Of a DNA stretch of 64,000 nucleotides, positions 29,997-40,859 are shown piece by piece. The notes beneath the pieces were generated by a model that ran no database searches, was not told the DNA's origin, and worked only from the letters and a program-made list of their open reading frames with translations. Every line of letters begins with the position of its first letter. The first letter of the stretch is position 1. Origin of the DNA: Anaerohalosphaeraceae bacterium (GTDB lineage Bacteria; Planctomycetota; Phycisphaerae; Sedimentisphaerales; Anaerohalosphaeraceae); contig CAXXSL010000018.1 of the NCBI GenBank assembly GCA_963675525.2, positions 1 to 64,000 of the forward strand. Direction: 5' to 3'. The translations under genes and the position numbers were made by a program.

Positions 29997-32456
29997 ATGA
30001 CAAAACAAAAGAACATATCACGTCGAACCATTTTAAAGACGATGTTGTGGACCCCGCCGATTCTGATGTTCGGCCAAGGCGGACTTTTTGCTGCAGGGAA
30101 TAAAATTCGACCCCTTTCGCAACCCAGAATCATTCCAAAAGGACAAAAAATTCGTCTGGCCCAGATCGGAGTCTTTAACCGCGGCGGTCAGTTGCTGGAG
30201 TCCTTCAAAAGCCATACTGGTCAGGTTGAATATGTCGCTTTTGCTGATGTGCTGTTTACATCACCGAATTACACGATGGAAGGTTTTCCGAATGTTCCGT
30301 GCTTTACGGATTACCGGGAGATGTTTGAGAAACTGCACAATAAAATCGATGCGGTGGTCGTGGGAACGCCGGACCATGCACATTTCCCGATGGTGATGCA
30401 CGCGATGCTGTTGGGCAAACATGTGTATGTGGAAAAACCGCTGGCACAAAACGTCTATGAATGTCGCCTTCTCGATAAAGTTGCCCGTGAAACCGGGGTT
30501 GTGACCCAGATGGGTAATCAGGGGCATTCCGGTTTCGGCACCATTCAGTTTGGACAGTGGGTTGAGGCAGGATTGATCAAAAATGTCAAACGGATTGACA
30601 CTTGGATGACAAAAAGCCGCCGTTGGCACGGTTGGACCTTTAAAGATTATCCGGAAGCGATTCCACCGGCCGGTTACGACTGGGACCAGTGGCTGGGACG
30701 GAGATCGTTTCGACCTTACAGCGACAAACTGATTGACGGCAACTGGCGCTGCTGGTATGACTTTGGGTGCGGTGCGATGGGGGATTGGGGAGCTCATGTC
30801 CTTGATGCAATCCATCGCTACCTGAAGTTAGGTCAACCGTATGAAATCCACACTGAGCTAATCGGGCCCAGCGATCTATATTATCCTCAGGGTTCGGTGA
30901 TCACGTTCAAATTCGGCGCGCGGGAAGGGATGCCTCCGCTGGAATTAAAATGGTACGACGGTCAGGGAAATCTGCCGCCTAAGCCAGCAGGTTATCCGGG
31001 CAATCTGGTACCGATTGGTTCGATGCTCTACCTGGACGACGGAGTTGTCACCGGTACCAGCCATGGAGCGAACTATCATTTTAAAATGAACACGAAACTT
31101 GAGCAGATGGAAACGGAAGATAAGTTGCCGAAACCGGAAGGCGTTCTGTCCGATCACTATCTAAACTTCCTGAACGCTTGTCAGGGGATCGAAAAAACCA
31201 ATTCACCGTTTGAAGTCGGAGCACCCCTGGCTGAACTGCTTTGTTTAGGCTGTATCGGACAGCGTTTTGGCGGAACATTGAAATATGATGCCAAGACGAT
31301 GAAGATTACGAACAATACCCAGGCTAATAAGATGCTGACCGGTCCGGAAGTGCGGGACGGCTGGACGGCTTATGATGATTACAAGCTTGTCTCTTCCAAC
31401 GTTTCACGTATCCATACGCCTGATCAGGTCGCGTGGGAACAGTTGTTTAAAGATAAAACTCTCAGCAACTGGGAAAACCCGTACGACTGGGGCAAAGCGG
31501 AATACAAAGAGGGTGTTGTGAGCCTGACCTCGGACAAAGGGAAATGGTTTCTACTGACCCAAAAGGAATATGACAACTTTGTATTTGAAGGTGAGATCAA
31601 AATGCCTGAAAACAAGGGCAACTCCGGTTTCATGTTCCGCTGCCAGAAAAAGAAAAACCGCGTCTGGGGCTACCAGGCGGAAGTGGATACCGCCGAAAGA
31701 AAATGGTCAGGCGGATTGTACGATGAAGGCCGGCGGACGTGGTTCATCTCGCCCAATAGGGACAAGGCTGCCGATGAGACGGAAAAGAATGCTTCGATCG
31801 CGGACTTTCGTAATCGTGCCGGTGACTGCTACAAACAGGGCCAGTGGAACAAATACCGAATCGTCTGTGTCGGTTCACATCTCCAGGTCTATGTTAATGG
31901 TACTCTGACGACAGATGTCCATGACGGGATGGACCTGAAAGGCTATATCGGCATCCAGCATCACGGCGAAAAGGGCCTGGTTTACCAGTTCCGCAATCTT
32001 CGTATAAAGGATCTGGGTGTCGGCGGGGAGATTTATTACCCGCATCGCGAAAATGCGGCCGCTGCGGCTGTGGCGTCTAAGATGGCTGGAGATATCTATG
32101 AAGCCGAATCTGCTAAAATGGTTAATTGTACCGTCGCGGATAATATTAAAGGCTACCAGGGCACCGGTTTTGTGGATTTTGGCGACACGGACGGTTCTGT
32201 CGAATGGGATAATGTTTTGGCCGATCAAGCCGGTGAGTACAAATTGACATTCCGTTATGCCGCCGCCGGCACTCGACCGTGCGAGTTGTATATCAACGGA
32301 CAAAAAACGGGAAGGGTGGATTTTAGCAGTACCGGCGGCTGGGAAAACTGGAGAACGGTCGATGTGCCGGCGACCTTCAAGAAAGGCGGCAACTTCGTGA
32401 GAGTCGTCGCTATCGGTGCCGGTCCGAACCTTGACGCCATGGCCGTCACGAAATAA
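29997..32456 (+). CDS. Tat-exported Gfo/Idh/MocA oxidoreductase fused to DUF1080 and a CBM6/35-like module
   Basis: SRRTILK; TPDHAH, YVEKPL, QMGNQGHS, GDWGAH; GNSGF...QWNKY...IQHHG; YEAE...GYQGTGFVDF...GGWENW...GPNLD. Confidence 0.88.
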   Translation: MTKQKNISRRTILKTMLWTPPILMFGQGGLFAAGNKIRPLSQPRIIPKGQKIRLAQIGVFNRGGQLLESFKSHTGQVEYVAFADVLFTSPNYTMEGFPNVPCFTDYREMFEKLHNKIDAVVVGTPDHAHFPMVMHAMLLGKHVYVEKPLAQNVYECRLLDKVARETGVVTQMGNQGHSGFGTIQFGQWVEAGLIKNVKRIDTWMTKSRRWHGWTFKDYPEAIPPAGYDWDQWLGRRSFRPYSDKLIDGNWRCWYDFGCGAMGDWGAHVLDAIHRYLKLGQPYEIHTELIGPSDLYYPQGSVITFKFGAREGMPPLELKWYDGQGNLPPKPAGYPGNLVPIGSMLYLDDGVVTGTSHGANYHFKMNTKLEQMETEDKLPKPEGVLSDHYLNFLNACQGIEKTNSPFEVGAPLAELLCLGCIGQRFGGTLKYDAKTMKITNNTQANKMLTGPEVRDGWTAYDDYKLVSSNVSRIHTPDQVAWEQLFKDKTLSNWENPYDWGKAEYKEGVVSLTSDKGKWFLLTQKEYDNFVFEGEIKMPENKGNSGFMFRCQKKKNRVWGYQAEVDTAERKWSGGLYDEGRRTWFISPNRDKAADETEKNASIADFRNRAGDCYKQGQWNKYRIVCVGSHLQVYVNGTLTTDVHDGMDLKGYIGIQHHGEKGLVYQFRNLRIKDLGVGGEIYYPHRENAAAAAVASKMAGDIYEAESAKMVNCTVADNIKGYQGTGFVDFGDTDGSVEWDNVLADQAGEYKLTFRYAAAGTRPCELYINGQKTGRVDFSSTGGWENWRTVDVPATFKKGGNFVRVVAIGAGPNLDAMAVTK

Positions 32457-32547
32457 ATGAACACAATCATCCCCCTGTCCGAATTTTCGGACGGAGGGAT
32501 ATGTAACATGGTTTGCACGATGACGTGAAGTTGTTTTACGGATTGAA

Positions 32548-33888
32548 ATGAAGAAAACGATCAACAGACGTTCTTTTTTGCATCAAACAGCACGGTTGGC
32601 GGCCGGAGTGGTCGGCTTTCCGTACATTGTCCGTTCATCGGCTTTAGGCAAAGCCGGAACGGTTGCGCCCAGCAACCGTCTTGTCATGGCACAAATTGGC
32701 TGCGGCGGAATGGGGGGAAGCAATTTAAAGTCATTTCTGAATTATCAAAACGATATTCAGGTTGTCGCGGTTTGTGATGTGGACAATCGTCATGCGTTGG
32801 AAAAAAAGCGGACCGTTGATGAAAGATACGGCAATCAGGATTGTAAAATCTATCGTGATTTCCGAGAATTGATCGATGCTGAATCAATTGATGTTGTCAG
32901 CCATGCGTTGCCGGATCATTGGCATGCGGCCGTATCTATAGCCTGCGCGAGAAAAGGCATTGATATGTACGGCGAAAAACCCCTGGCCCGCACAATTAGC
33001 GAGGGACGTGCAATTTGTGATGCAATCCAACGATACGGCATTATTTGGCAGACCGGCAGTTGGCAGCGGTCACGGGAACCGTTCCGCCATGCCGCTGAAC
33101 TGGTTCGTAACGGCCGTATTGGAACAGTCCGGCATGTGGAAGTGGGCCTGCCAAACGGGGAAGGCCCCATCGGGCCCAAGCCGGATGTCGTGTCGCGGCC
33201 GGATTATATTGATTATGACCTTTGGCTTGGACCTGCTCCGTGGCGGCCGTATCAAAATTTGAACCGCGATACGGAATCGAATCAAGCAAAAACCGGTCTG
33301 CATTATAACTGGCGTCATATTTTCGACTATTCCGGCGGCAAACTGACGGACTGGGGCGGTCACCATATTGATATTGCACACTGGGGACTTGGCCTTGATT
33401 ATACCGGGCCGGTTGCGGTTGAAGGCCGGGGAAAATATCCCGAGTCGGGAATCTATGATGTTGCGTATGATTATGACTTTGTCTGTCAGTATGCGAATGG
33501 GGTTACACTGCGGGTGGCCAACCGGTCCAACCTGCCGCACGGACAGGGTGTCTGCTGGTATGGCGATGACGGCTGGTTGTTTGTGAGTAGAGGTCAATTC
33601 CAAGCATCCAAGCCTGCAATTTTGCGTGAAAAAATCGGGCCCGATGAGATCAAGCTTTACCAAAGCTCGGATCATCAACAGAATTTTATCGATTGCGTCA
33701 AAACACGGCAGCAGACAGTAACTCCGGCAGAGATCGCTCACCGTTCGATCAGCGTTGCCTTTTTAGGTGAGATCGCAATGCTGACCGGTCGAAAATTAAA
33801 ATGGAATCCTGATCATGAGATGTTTATCGGAGATGAGAGCGCTAATCGCTATTTAAAGCGTCCTTACCGTAGTCCCTGGCAGTTATAA
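32548..33888 (+). CDS. Tat-exported Gfo/Idh/MocA oxidoreductase
   Basis: NRRSFL, IGCGGMG, LPDHWH, GEKPL, QTGSWQRS, TDWGGHHID. Confidence 0.92.
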   Translation: MKKTINRRSFLHQTARLAAGVVGFPYIVRSSALGKAGTVAPSNRLVMAQIGCGGMGGSNLKSFLNYQNDIQVVAVCDVDNRHALEKKRTVDERYGNQDCKIYRDFRELIDAESIDVVSHALPDHWHAAVSIACARKGIDMYGEKPLARTISEGRAICDAIQRYGIIWQTGSWQRSREPFRHAAELVRNGRIGTVRHVEVGLPNGEGPIGPKPDVVSRPDYIDYDLWLGPAPWRPYQNLNRDTESNQAKTGLHYNWRHIFDYSGGKLTDWGGHHIDIAHWGLGLDYTGPVAVEGRGKYPESGIYDVAYDYDFVCQYANGVTLRVANRSNLPHGQGVCWYGDDGWLFVSRGQFQASKPAILREKIGPDEIKLYQSSDHQQNFIDCVKTRQQTVTPAEIAHRSISVAFLGEIAMLTGRKLKWNPDHEMFIGDESANRYLKRPYRSPWQL

Positions 33889-34401
33889 AATAATCTATTC
33901 GATTCTACAAACGAGGTGGTAATGAAGCACAATTGCATAAATGGTCGGAAATCACCACAAGGATAAAACCGAATAATTTTTTTACCTTGATGAAATGTCA
34001 GAAAAACGCATCTTCTTTTGCTTCTATTTATTTCCAAGACCATCAAAAACTAATCAATTTTATAGACCCACACTCCTATATGTAGGCAATATCACTAATT
34101 TGGACAAAATTAATATAATTTGAAGTCTCTGGGGCGATTTAGCGTGCAATTTTTCCCCATAGCTGACCAATGTCTGCGAAAAAATCCATTCGAAACCTCT
34201 TCAGGGCTAATAATAACCCCCATTCTCAATGAAGATGTAACTTTTTCTAAAATAATAAACACTTTCATACTGACAGAACAAGCGTGGGAAATGGTATAAT
34301 CATATGAACTTTACGGCTTTAGGGTCATCCCTGGTTGCCGGATGCTCAGACAAGCGTTACAATGTGTCATGTCATTTCAATGATGAAAAAATGAGGCTTA
34401 A

Positions 34402-35997
34402 ATGCAGGATTTTTATTTGAGGGCGATTGGAAAATCTCCGATTATTGCGGCGGCCGTCTTTTTAGTGCTTATGATGAATTTCATAAGCACCGCATCGGCC
34501 GGGACAATTCCTTTTGAAGCAAACGGCGATTTCAAGGCGGCGAATGAGATCGACACTGTTGTCTTAAAAACACTGCAGCAACAAAAAGTCACTCCGACCG
34601 GTTTATGCTCGGATGAAGTTTTCATACGGCGAGTCTATCTGGATGTTCTCGGCACCCTGCCCGAAGCCGAGGAGGTGCGCAAATTTCTCGAAAATCCACG
34701 CCCTGACAAACGGACAACGCTCGTTACGACCCTGATGAAATCAGACAAATTTGCTGATTACTGGACGCTGAAATGGTGCGACCTGTTACGGGTCAAAGCG
34801 GAGTTCCCGATCAATTTATGGCCGAATGCCGTGCAGGCCTATCATCGGTGGGTTCATGACGCGATTGCGGCTGATATGCCCTATGACCAATTTTCGCGTG
34901 AACTGCTGACCTCCAGCGGCAGTAATTTCCGTGTGCCACAGGTTAACTTTTACCGAGCTATTCAAGGACATGAACCTGCAACGATCGCATCCGCCGTCGC
35001 ACTGACTTTCATGGGCAGCCGCATTGAAAGTTGGCCCGCTGACCGCCAGGACGGGATGACGGCCTTTTTCTCACGGGTTGCCTACAAAACGACAGCAGAA
35101 TGGAAAGAGGAAATTGTCTATCTGGATCCGGCTCCCGTCAACGCGTTAAACGCGGTCTTCCCCGACGGCAAAAAAATTCAGATACCACCGAGTCAGGACC
35201 CGCGGCAGATATTCGCTGACTGGCTGATCACCGACGATAATCCCTGGTTTGCGCGTACCATTGTCAACCGCATCTGGTACTGGCTTCTGGGACGGGGCAT
35301 CATCCATGAGCCGGATGACATTCGCCCGGACAATCCGCCCGTCCATCCGGAACTGTTAGCTTATCTGGAAAAAGAACTAGTTCGATCCGGCTATGATTTG
35401 AAACATATTTATCGACTGATTCTGAACTCGGCCACATACCAGCAGTCTTCGATCCCGAAAGGGGACCTGATAAAAGCGGAAACGCTGTTTGCCTGCTATC
35501 CGGTTCGTCAGCTTGACGCCGAGGTCCTGATCGATGCCTTATGCCGAATCACGGGCACGACGGAGACGTATTCCAGTCCTATCCCGGAACCGTTCACCTT
35601 TATTCCGGAGGAAAATCGGTCCATTGAACTGGCCGATGGGAGTATTACCAGCCAGTTCCTGGAAATGTTCGGGCGACCGTCACGGGATAGCGGCCTGCTG
35701 ACGGAACGCAACAATGATCCGTCAGCAACTCAGCGCCGAGCGATATTGAACTCAACCCATATCCAGAAAAAAATCGACCGCAGTCGGCAATTGAACAGCT
35801 GGCTCAAGGGTGCCAGGCGAGATCAGACTCTGCTCATCAAAACGATCTATCTGAATATTCTGTCACGGTATCCGACGGAAACCGAACAGACTGCGGTGGA
35901 AGATTATTTTAAAACGTCGAAGTTAAAACCAAGAGAGGCGGCCGTCGATCTGATCTGGGCCTTAATCAATTCAAAAGAATTTTTGTATCGGCATTGA
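34402..35997 (+). CDS. DUF1549/DUF1553 domain protein (planctomycete type)
   Basis: FIRRVYLD..GTLP, PYDQF.RELL, NRIW..LLGRGI, HPELL, DLIWALINSKEF..RH. Confidence 0.92.
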   Translation: MQDFYLRAIGKSPIIAAAVFLVLMMNFISTASAGTIPFEANGDFKAANEIDTVVLKTLQQQKVTPTGLCSDEVFIRRVYLDVLGTLPEAEEVRKFLENPRPDKRTTLVTTLMKSDKFADYWTLKWCDLLRVKAEFPINLWPNAVQAYHRWVHDAIAADMPYDQFSRELLTSSGSNFRVPQVNFYRAIQGHEPATIASAVALTFMGSRIESWPADRQDGMTAFFSRVAYKTTAEWKEEIVYLDPAPVNALNAVFPDGKKIQIPPSQDPRQIFADWLITDDNPWFARTIVNRIWYWLLGRGIIHEPDDIRPDNPPVHPELLAYLEKELVRSGYDLKHIYRLILNSATYQQSSIPKGDLIKAETLFACYPVRQLDAEVLIDALCRITGTTETYSSPIPEPFTFIPEENRSIELADGSITSQFLEMFGRPSRDSGLLTERNNDPSATQRRAILNSTHIQKKIDRSRQLNSWLKGARRDQTLLIKTIYLNILSRYPTETEQTAVEDYFKTSKLKPREAAVDLIWALINSKEFLYRH

Positions 35998-36024
35998 TCC
36001 GAACTTAAACGTGAGTACGTTGCT

Positions 36025-37344
36025 ATGAATGATTTCAAATTATTTCCAAACATCACCCGGAGACAGGCATTGAAGCTGGGACTGGCCGCTGCGTCCGGGA
36101 TGGTCACGTTCGATCCGCGGCAGCTTTGGGCGGGGCCGGAACCTTTAAAGGCTCGCGCGAAGTCCGTTATCCAGATATGGATGTGGGGCGGACCGTCTCA
36201 TCTGGACACGTTCGACCCAAAGCCGGAGGCGGGAAACGACTATTGCGGCTCCTTCAAAACACCGATCAAGACAACGGTTGATGGAATCCGTATCTGCGAA
36301 ATGCTGCCGCTGCTGGCCAAACAGGCCGACAAGTATTCGATCATCCGCAGCATGACGCACGGCAACAACGGCCATGAAACCGCTTCGTATATCGTTCAGA
36401 CCGGCCATGAACCGGGACGCCTGGTCTATCCTTCGCTGGGAGCTGTCGTTTCGCTGTTCAAAGGGTACAAACACGGCTACAAAGGGGTTGTTCCGCCGTA
36501 TATCGTATTGACGAAACCGCAGGGTCGCTTTTCGGAAGCCGGTTTCTTAGGTCCCGGTTATAAACCGTTCAGCACCGGCGGAGATCCGGCAAAGAACCCG
36601 TTTGTTGTGGAAGGGATTATCGCGGAGGGAATTTCGGATCAACGTCAGCAGGGACGGCGTGAACTGCTTGACACATTGGACACCCTCGGCAACGCAATGC
36701 CCGCCAATCCTCATTTTGAGAACTTTGACCGGTGTGAAAAAGACGCCTACGAGATGATGTTTGGGGATGCGCGAAAGCTGTTCGATCTGTCAACAGAGAA
36801 AGACCAACTGCGCGATCGCTATGGTCGCAATACATTCGGGCAATCCTGCCTGATGGCCCGTCGATTGGTCGAGCATGGGGTTCCTTACATCACAATTAAT
36901 TATAACGGCTGGGACACACACAAGCAGCATTTTGAAATCATGCAAAGGAAATTACCCGAAATGGATGCGGGGTTTTCGACATTGCTGCAAGACCTGTCCG
37001 AACGCGGTTTACTTGACAGCACCATTGTTTGGTGGGGCGGGGAGTTTGGACGAAGCCCGAAAATCCAGTGGGAATCGCCCTGGAACGGCGGACGCTCGCA
37101 TTACGGAAAATGTTTTTGCAGCGTGGTTTCCGGCGGCGGATTCAAAGGCGGCCGGGTTGTCGGAGCCTCTGATGACAAAGGGAGGGAAGTCGCGGCCCGT
37201 CCGGTGCATCCTAAAGATCTGCTCGCCAGTATTTGCACTCTTATCGGCATCGACCCCAATGGTCCGTTGCCTAATTCGATCAATCAGGATCTGAAAGTCA
37301 TGCCGGCATCCGATAGTAGTGGTCTCTTAACAGAAATTATGTAA
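36025..37344 (+). CDS. DUF1501 domain protein (Tat signal)
   Basis: TRRQAL, GGPSHLDTFDPKP, FGQSCLMARRLVE.GV, GWDTH, GEFGRSP. Confidence 0.93.
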   Translation: MNDFKLFPNITRRQALKLGLAAASGMVTFDPRQLWAGPEPLKARAKSVIQIWMWGGPSHLDTFDPKPEAGNDYCGSFKTPIKTTVDGIRICEMLPLLAKQADKYSIIRSMTHGNNGHETASYIVQTGHEPGRLVYPSLGAVVSLFKGYKHGYKGVVPPYIVLTKPQGRFSEAGFLGPGYKPFSTGGDPAKNPFVVEGIIAEGISDQRQQGRRELLDTLDTLGNAMPANPHFENFDRCEKDAYEMMFGDARKLFDLSTEKDQLRDRYGRNTFGQSCLMARRLVEHGVPYITINYNGWDTHKQHFEIMQRKLPEMDAGFSTLLQDLSERGLLDSTIVWWGGEFGRSPKIQWESPWNGGRSHYGKCFCSVVSGGGFKGGRVVGASDDKGREVAARPVHPKDLLASICTLIGIDPNGPLPNSINQDLKVMPASDSSGLLTEIM

Positions 37345-37358
37345 ATTCGAGGGAACAA

Positions 37359-39809
37359 TTGAAGACCGTAAATCTGAAAATTTTAGTCTGGGGTCTTATC
37401 AGCATAAGTTTTATCAACGCCTATTGTCAGGCAGAGAGTATCCAGCCACATATCGGGTATCTTTATCCTGCAGGCGGACAACGGGGACATGATGTTTTGA
37501 TCACCGCAGGCGGACAGTTTCTTCAAAAGCCCGAAGCGGTTTACATTTCCGGCGATGGGGTACATGCGACTGTCGTAAAATACTACCGTCCCACTCGGAA
37601 TCTCCAAAAAGAGCAGCGGGAATTAATCATAAACCGCTTGCAGGAAGTGCGGGACAAACGCATCGCTGAATTGCCGGCCTCCGTGCGGGCCGCGATGTCT
37701 CCCCTGCCGCGGAACGTACCGAAACAACGACGTAATCCAAATCAATCAAAAGAGAACGAAAAGGGACAAGAAAAAAAAGAAACACCCCCAACAAATGTCA
37801 AGATGCCGGAGCATCCGTTATTGTATGACCTGGAGAATAAGAGCCTTCGTCAATTGGCCCACATTACCAAAATGCTGTTCATACCGCGCAGTAAACTTCA
37901 GCAGAATCGACAACTCTCGGAAGCGGTGCTGTTGAAGATCACGATCGACCCGGAAGCGAAACCCGGCCCGCGTGAATTGCGAATCAAGTCCGCGGCGGGA
38001 TTGACAAACCCGATGATTATTCAGATCGGGCAAATGGCTGAATATGCGGAAATGGAGCCGAATGACGAAGAAGCTTACCCAACAAAATTCCCACGGCAGC
38101 CGGAACTGCCGAAAGAAAAATCGCTTGAATTACCCGTGGTACTGAATGGCCAAATTATGCCGGATGACGTTGACCGGTTTCGTTTCCGAGCCAAAGCCGG
38201 ACAACAGCTTGTCATTGAAACGCAGGCCCGAAGTCTGATCCCGTATCTGGCCGACGCCGTTCCCGGATGGTTTCAGGCAACGGTTACTCTATATGATGCT
38301 GATAACAACGAGGTCGCCTACGCAGACGATTACCGTTTTAATCCCGACCCGGTCTTGTATTATAAAATTCCCAAAACCGGCGATTATGAATTACTGGTCC
38401 GGGATTCGGTCTATCGCGGCCGGGACGATTTTGTTTATCGTATTTCGATAGGCGAACTGCCGTTTATCCGGCAGATGTTTCCGCTGGGGGGCAAAGAAGG
38501 CGATAAATCGGTTGCGGCCGTCGAAGGGTGGAATCTGCCGGTGACACAGTTGTCGTTAGATACCCAATCCGGAGGTAAAACCATCCGGCAAACACGCTAT
38601 GAAAAAGAAGGGATTGTTTCAAATTTCGTTCCCTATGCCGTCGATACCCTGCCGGAATGCAATGAGTCAGAACCAGGAGAGAATGTCAAATCGGCACAGC
38701 CGGTCAAGCTGCCGATTATCATCAATGGTCAAATCAGCCCGGCTGATGATTTGGATGTGTATCAATTCCAGGGAAAATCCGGCGACGAAATTACTGCAGA
38801 AGTCTATGCACGCCGGCTTAATTCTCCGCTGGATTCGCTGCTGCGTTTGACCGACGCTTCCGGCAAGATCCTCGAATGGAACGACGACTATGTGTTAAAG
38901 GATACGGCGTTCCTGTTCAAAGACTGTGAGGGACTGCTGACCCATCACGCCGATTCCTATTTGAAGACCAAGCTGCCCGCCGATGGGACATACTATGTAC
39001 AGATTGCCGACTCGGCCAAACACGGGGGCGCCGCTTACGGCTACCGACTTCGCCTGACCACACAAACGCCGGACTTTGAGCTTCGTGTCACGCCCTCCAG
39101 CCTGAGTCCGCGACCCGGAGAGGTCGTTCCTGTTACCGTTTATGTTCTCCGTAAAGACGGCTTCGACGGTCCGATCGAAGTGTCTGTGAAAAATACCCCG
39201 CCCGGATTCAAGCTTGAGGGCGGACATATTCCACCGGGATGTGAGCATATTCGTATGACACTCAAGGCCCCGCAAAAGGCTCTTGATAAGCCGGTGGCCT
39301 TAGAAATAGAAGGCCGGGCTATGGTGGGTGAAAAAACCATTCTCCGCCGGGCCGTTCCTGCCGAAGATATGATGCAGGCATTTCTCTATCGACATCTTGT
39401 TCCCTCGCAGGAGCTTTTGGTCGCAATGCGAAAAGCCCGAAGACCCGTCCCCGTCGTCGAGTTAATGACAAGCAGTCCGATTGCAATTCCGGCAAGCGGT
39501 TCGGTCCGGGTCCGTTTAAAAAGTAACGCACCTCGGTGGTTTATCGAACCGTTGCAATTGGAGCTTCAGGATGCCCCTGAGGGCGTCAGTCTCCATGATG
39601 TAACAGTTGTTCCGGAGGGACTTGTGTTCACACTGAAAGCCGACAGCACCGTTCAAGAAGGACTGGCCGACAATCTGATTATTGAAACGACCAGGGAATT
39701 GGCTCCTCCGGGAGGAAAAAACACCAAAGCAACCAATAATAAACGCCAACAATCGGTCGGCATCATCCCCGCAATCCCTATTCGGATAACGGCTAACCTT
39801 TCAAAATGA
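37359..39809 (+). CDS. Secreted PPC/pre-peptidase C-terminal domain protein
   Basis: YLYPAGGQRG, EMEPND, NGQI...D.D...F..KAGQ, ARRLNSPLDS; usual partner of DUF1501/DUF1553. Confidence 0.8.
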   Translation: MKTVNLKILVWGLISISFINAYCQAESIQPHIGYLYPAGGQRGHDVLITAGGQFLQKPEAVYISGDGVHATVVKYYRPTRNLQKEQRELIINRLQEVRDKRIAELPASVRAAMSPLPRNVPKQRRNPNQSKENEKGQEKKETPPTNVKMPEHPLLYDLENKSLRQLAHITKMLFIPRSKLQQNRQLSEAVLLKITIDPEAKPGPRELRIKSAAGLTNPMIIQIGQMAEYAEMEPNDEEAYPTKFPRQPELPKEKSLELPVVLNGQIMPDDVDRFRFRAKAGQQLVIETQARSLIPYLADAVPGWFQATVTLYDADNNEVAYADDYRFNPDPVLYYKIPKTGDYELLVRDSVYRGRDDFVYRISIGELPFIRQMFPLGGKEGDKSVAAVEGWNLPVTQLSLDTQSGGKTIRQTRYEKEGIVSNFVPYAVDTLPECNESEPGENVKSAQPVKLPIIINGQISPADDLDVYQFQGKSGDEITAEVYARRLNSPLDSLLRLTDASGKILEWNDDYVLKDTAFLFKDCEGLLTHHADSYLKTKLPADGTYYVQIADSAKHGGAAYGYRLRLTTQTPDFELRVTPSSLSPRPGEVVPVTVYVLRKDGFDGPIEVSVKNTPPGFKLEGGHIPPGCEHIRMTLKAPQKALDKPVALEIEGRAMVGEKTILRRAVPAEDMMQAFLYRHLVPSQELLVAMRKARRPVPVVELMTSSPIAIPASGSVRVRLKSNAPRWFIEPLQLELQDAPEGVSLHDVTVVPEGLVFTLKADSTVQEGLADNLIIETTRELAPPGGKNTKATNNKRQQSVGIIPAIPIRITANLSK

Positions 39810-40091
39810 AAACAATTAGGGGGCAATAAAGGTCTTGTGCGAGATGACTGCCAAAAAACACCGGAATTTTGGTTATGAGCCTGAGAGCAACTGAACTTGC
39901 CGGCTTTGCAAATCAATCAATTTCAGTTATCCGATAAATCCCTGCGCCGCAGACGAATTTTAACGTTCGTCCCCGCAGTTCGGGAAAATATTTCGTAGCA
40001 GAATACCGAATTAAAACTGAAACAAGACTTGAAAGAAAGAAAATAAAGCGTAGAATACATGTTTGGATTTCCTTATTTAAAATATCTTTAA

Positions 40092-40853
40092 ATGGCGCCT
40101 GATGCAAAAATGACAAACCTTTCCATCATCATTCCTGTATTTAATGAACAGCATAAGGTCCACCAGGATATCGTTTCAGCAGACCGCTTTATCGCCAGTG
40201 AGGGGATTACAGGTGAAATCATCATTGTAGATGACGGCAGTACTGATGAAACTGCAGTCATCGCTAAAAAAGCTTCAGACAATATTCAGACACGCTTGGT
40301 TCTTGAACGATTGGAACGAAATTCAGGAAAAGGCCGAGCGGTTCGAACAGGTGTACTGAAAAGCCAGGGGGAACTTGTTCTTTTTGCCGACAGCGGAAAC
40401 TGTATCCCCTATACCGATGCAAATAATGGAATTGAACTGATCCTTTCAGAAACGTACCAGATTGCACACGGTTCACGTAAGCTTTCGAATTGTCACATTT
40501 ATCGTCCCCAGTCAGTCTACCGAAAAATCTGTTCACAACTTTTTTACTGGTATTTGATCCATGACATTAAACAACTTGACAATCTGACAGATACGCAATG
40601 CGGATTCAAGATTTATCAGGGCGATGTTGCTCGAGAGCTATATGCCCAAAGCAGTATCGATGGATTTATGTTCGATATTGAAATCATATTGCTGGCCATA
40701 GCGAATGGTTACAATATCGGCGAGTTCCCCGTGAACTGGACATGTGATTCGGACAGTCGGCTTAAGCCTATACATGAATCCTACCGTATATTCAGGGACT
40801 TGATTCGATTAAAAAAACGCTTTGGAAAGCTTCTCACCGTGAGTTCGCCGTAA
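40092..40853 (+). CDS. GT2 polyprenol-phosphate glycosyltransferase (DPM/DPG synthase-like)
   Basis: SIIIPVFNE, VDDGSTD, GKGRAVRTG, DTQCGFK, FMFDIE. Confidence 0.9.
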   Translation: MAPDAKMTNLSIIIPVFNEQHKVHQDIVSADRFIASEGITGEIIIVDDGSTDETAVIAKKASDNIQTRLVLERLERNSGKGRAVRTGVLKSQGELVLFADSGNCIPYTDANNGIELILSETYQIAHGSRKLSNCHIYRPQSVYRKICSQLFYWYLIHDIKQLDNLTDTQCGFKIYQGDVARELYAQSSIDGFMFDIEIILLAIANGYNIGEFPVNWTCDSDSRLKPIHESYRIFRDLIRLKKRFGKLLTVSSP

Positions 40854-40859
40854 CTTATT

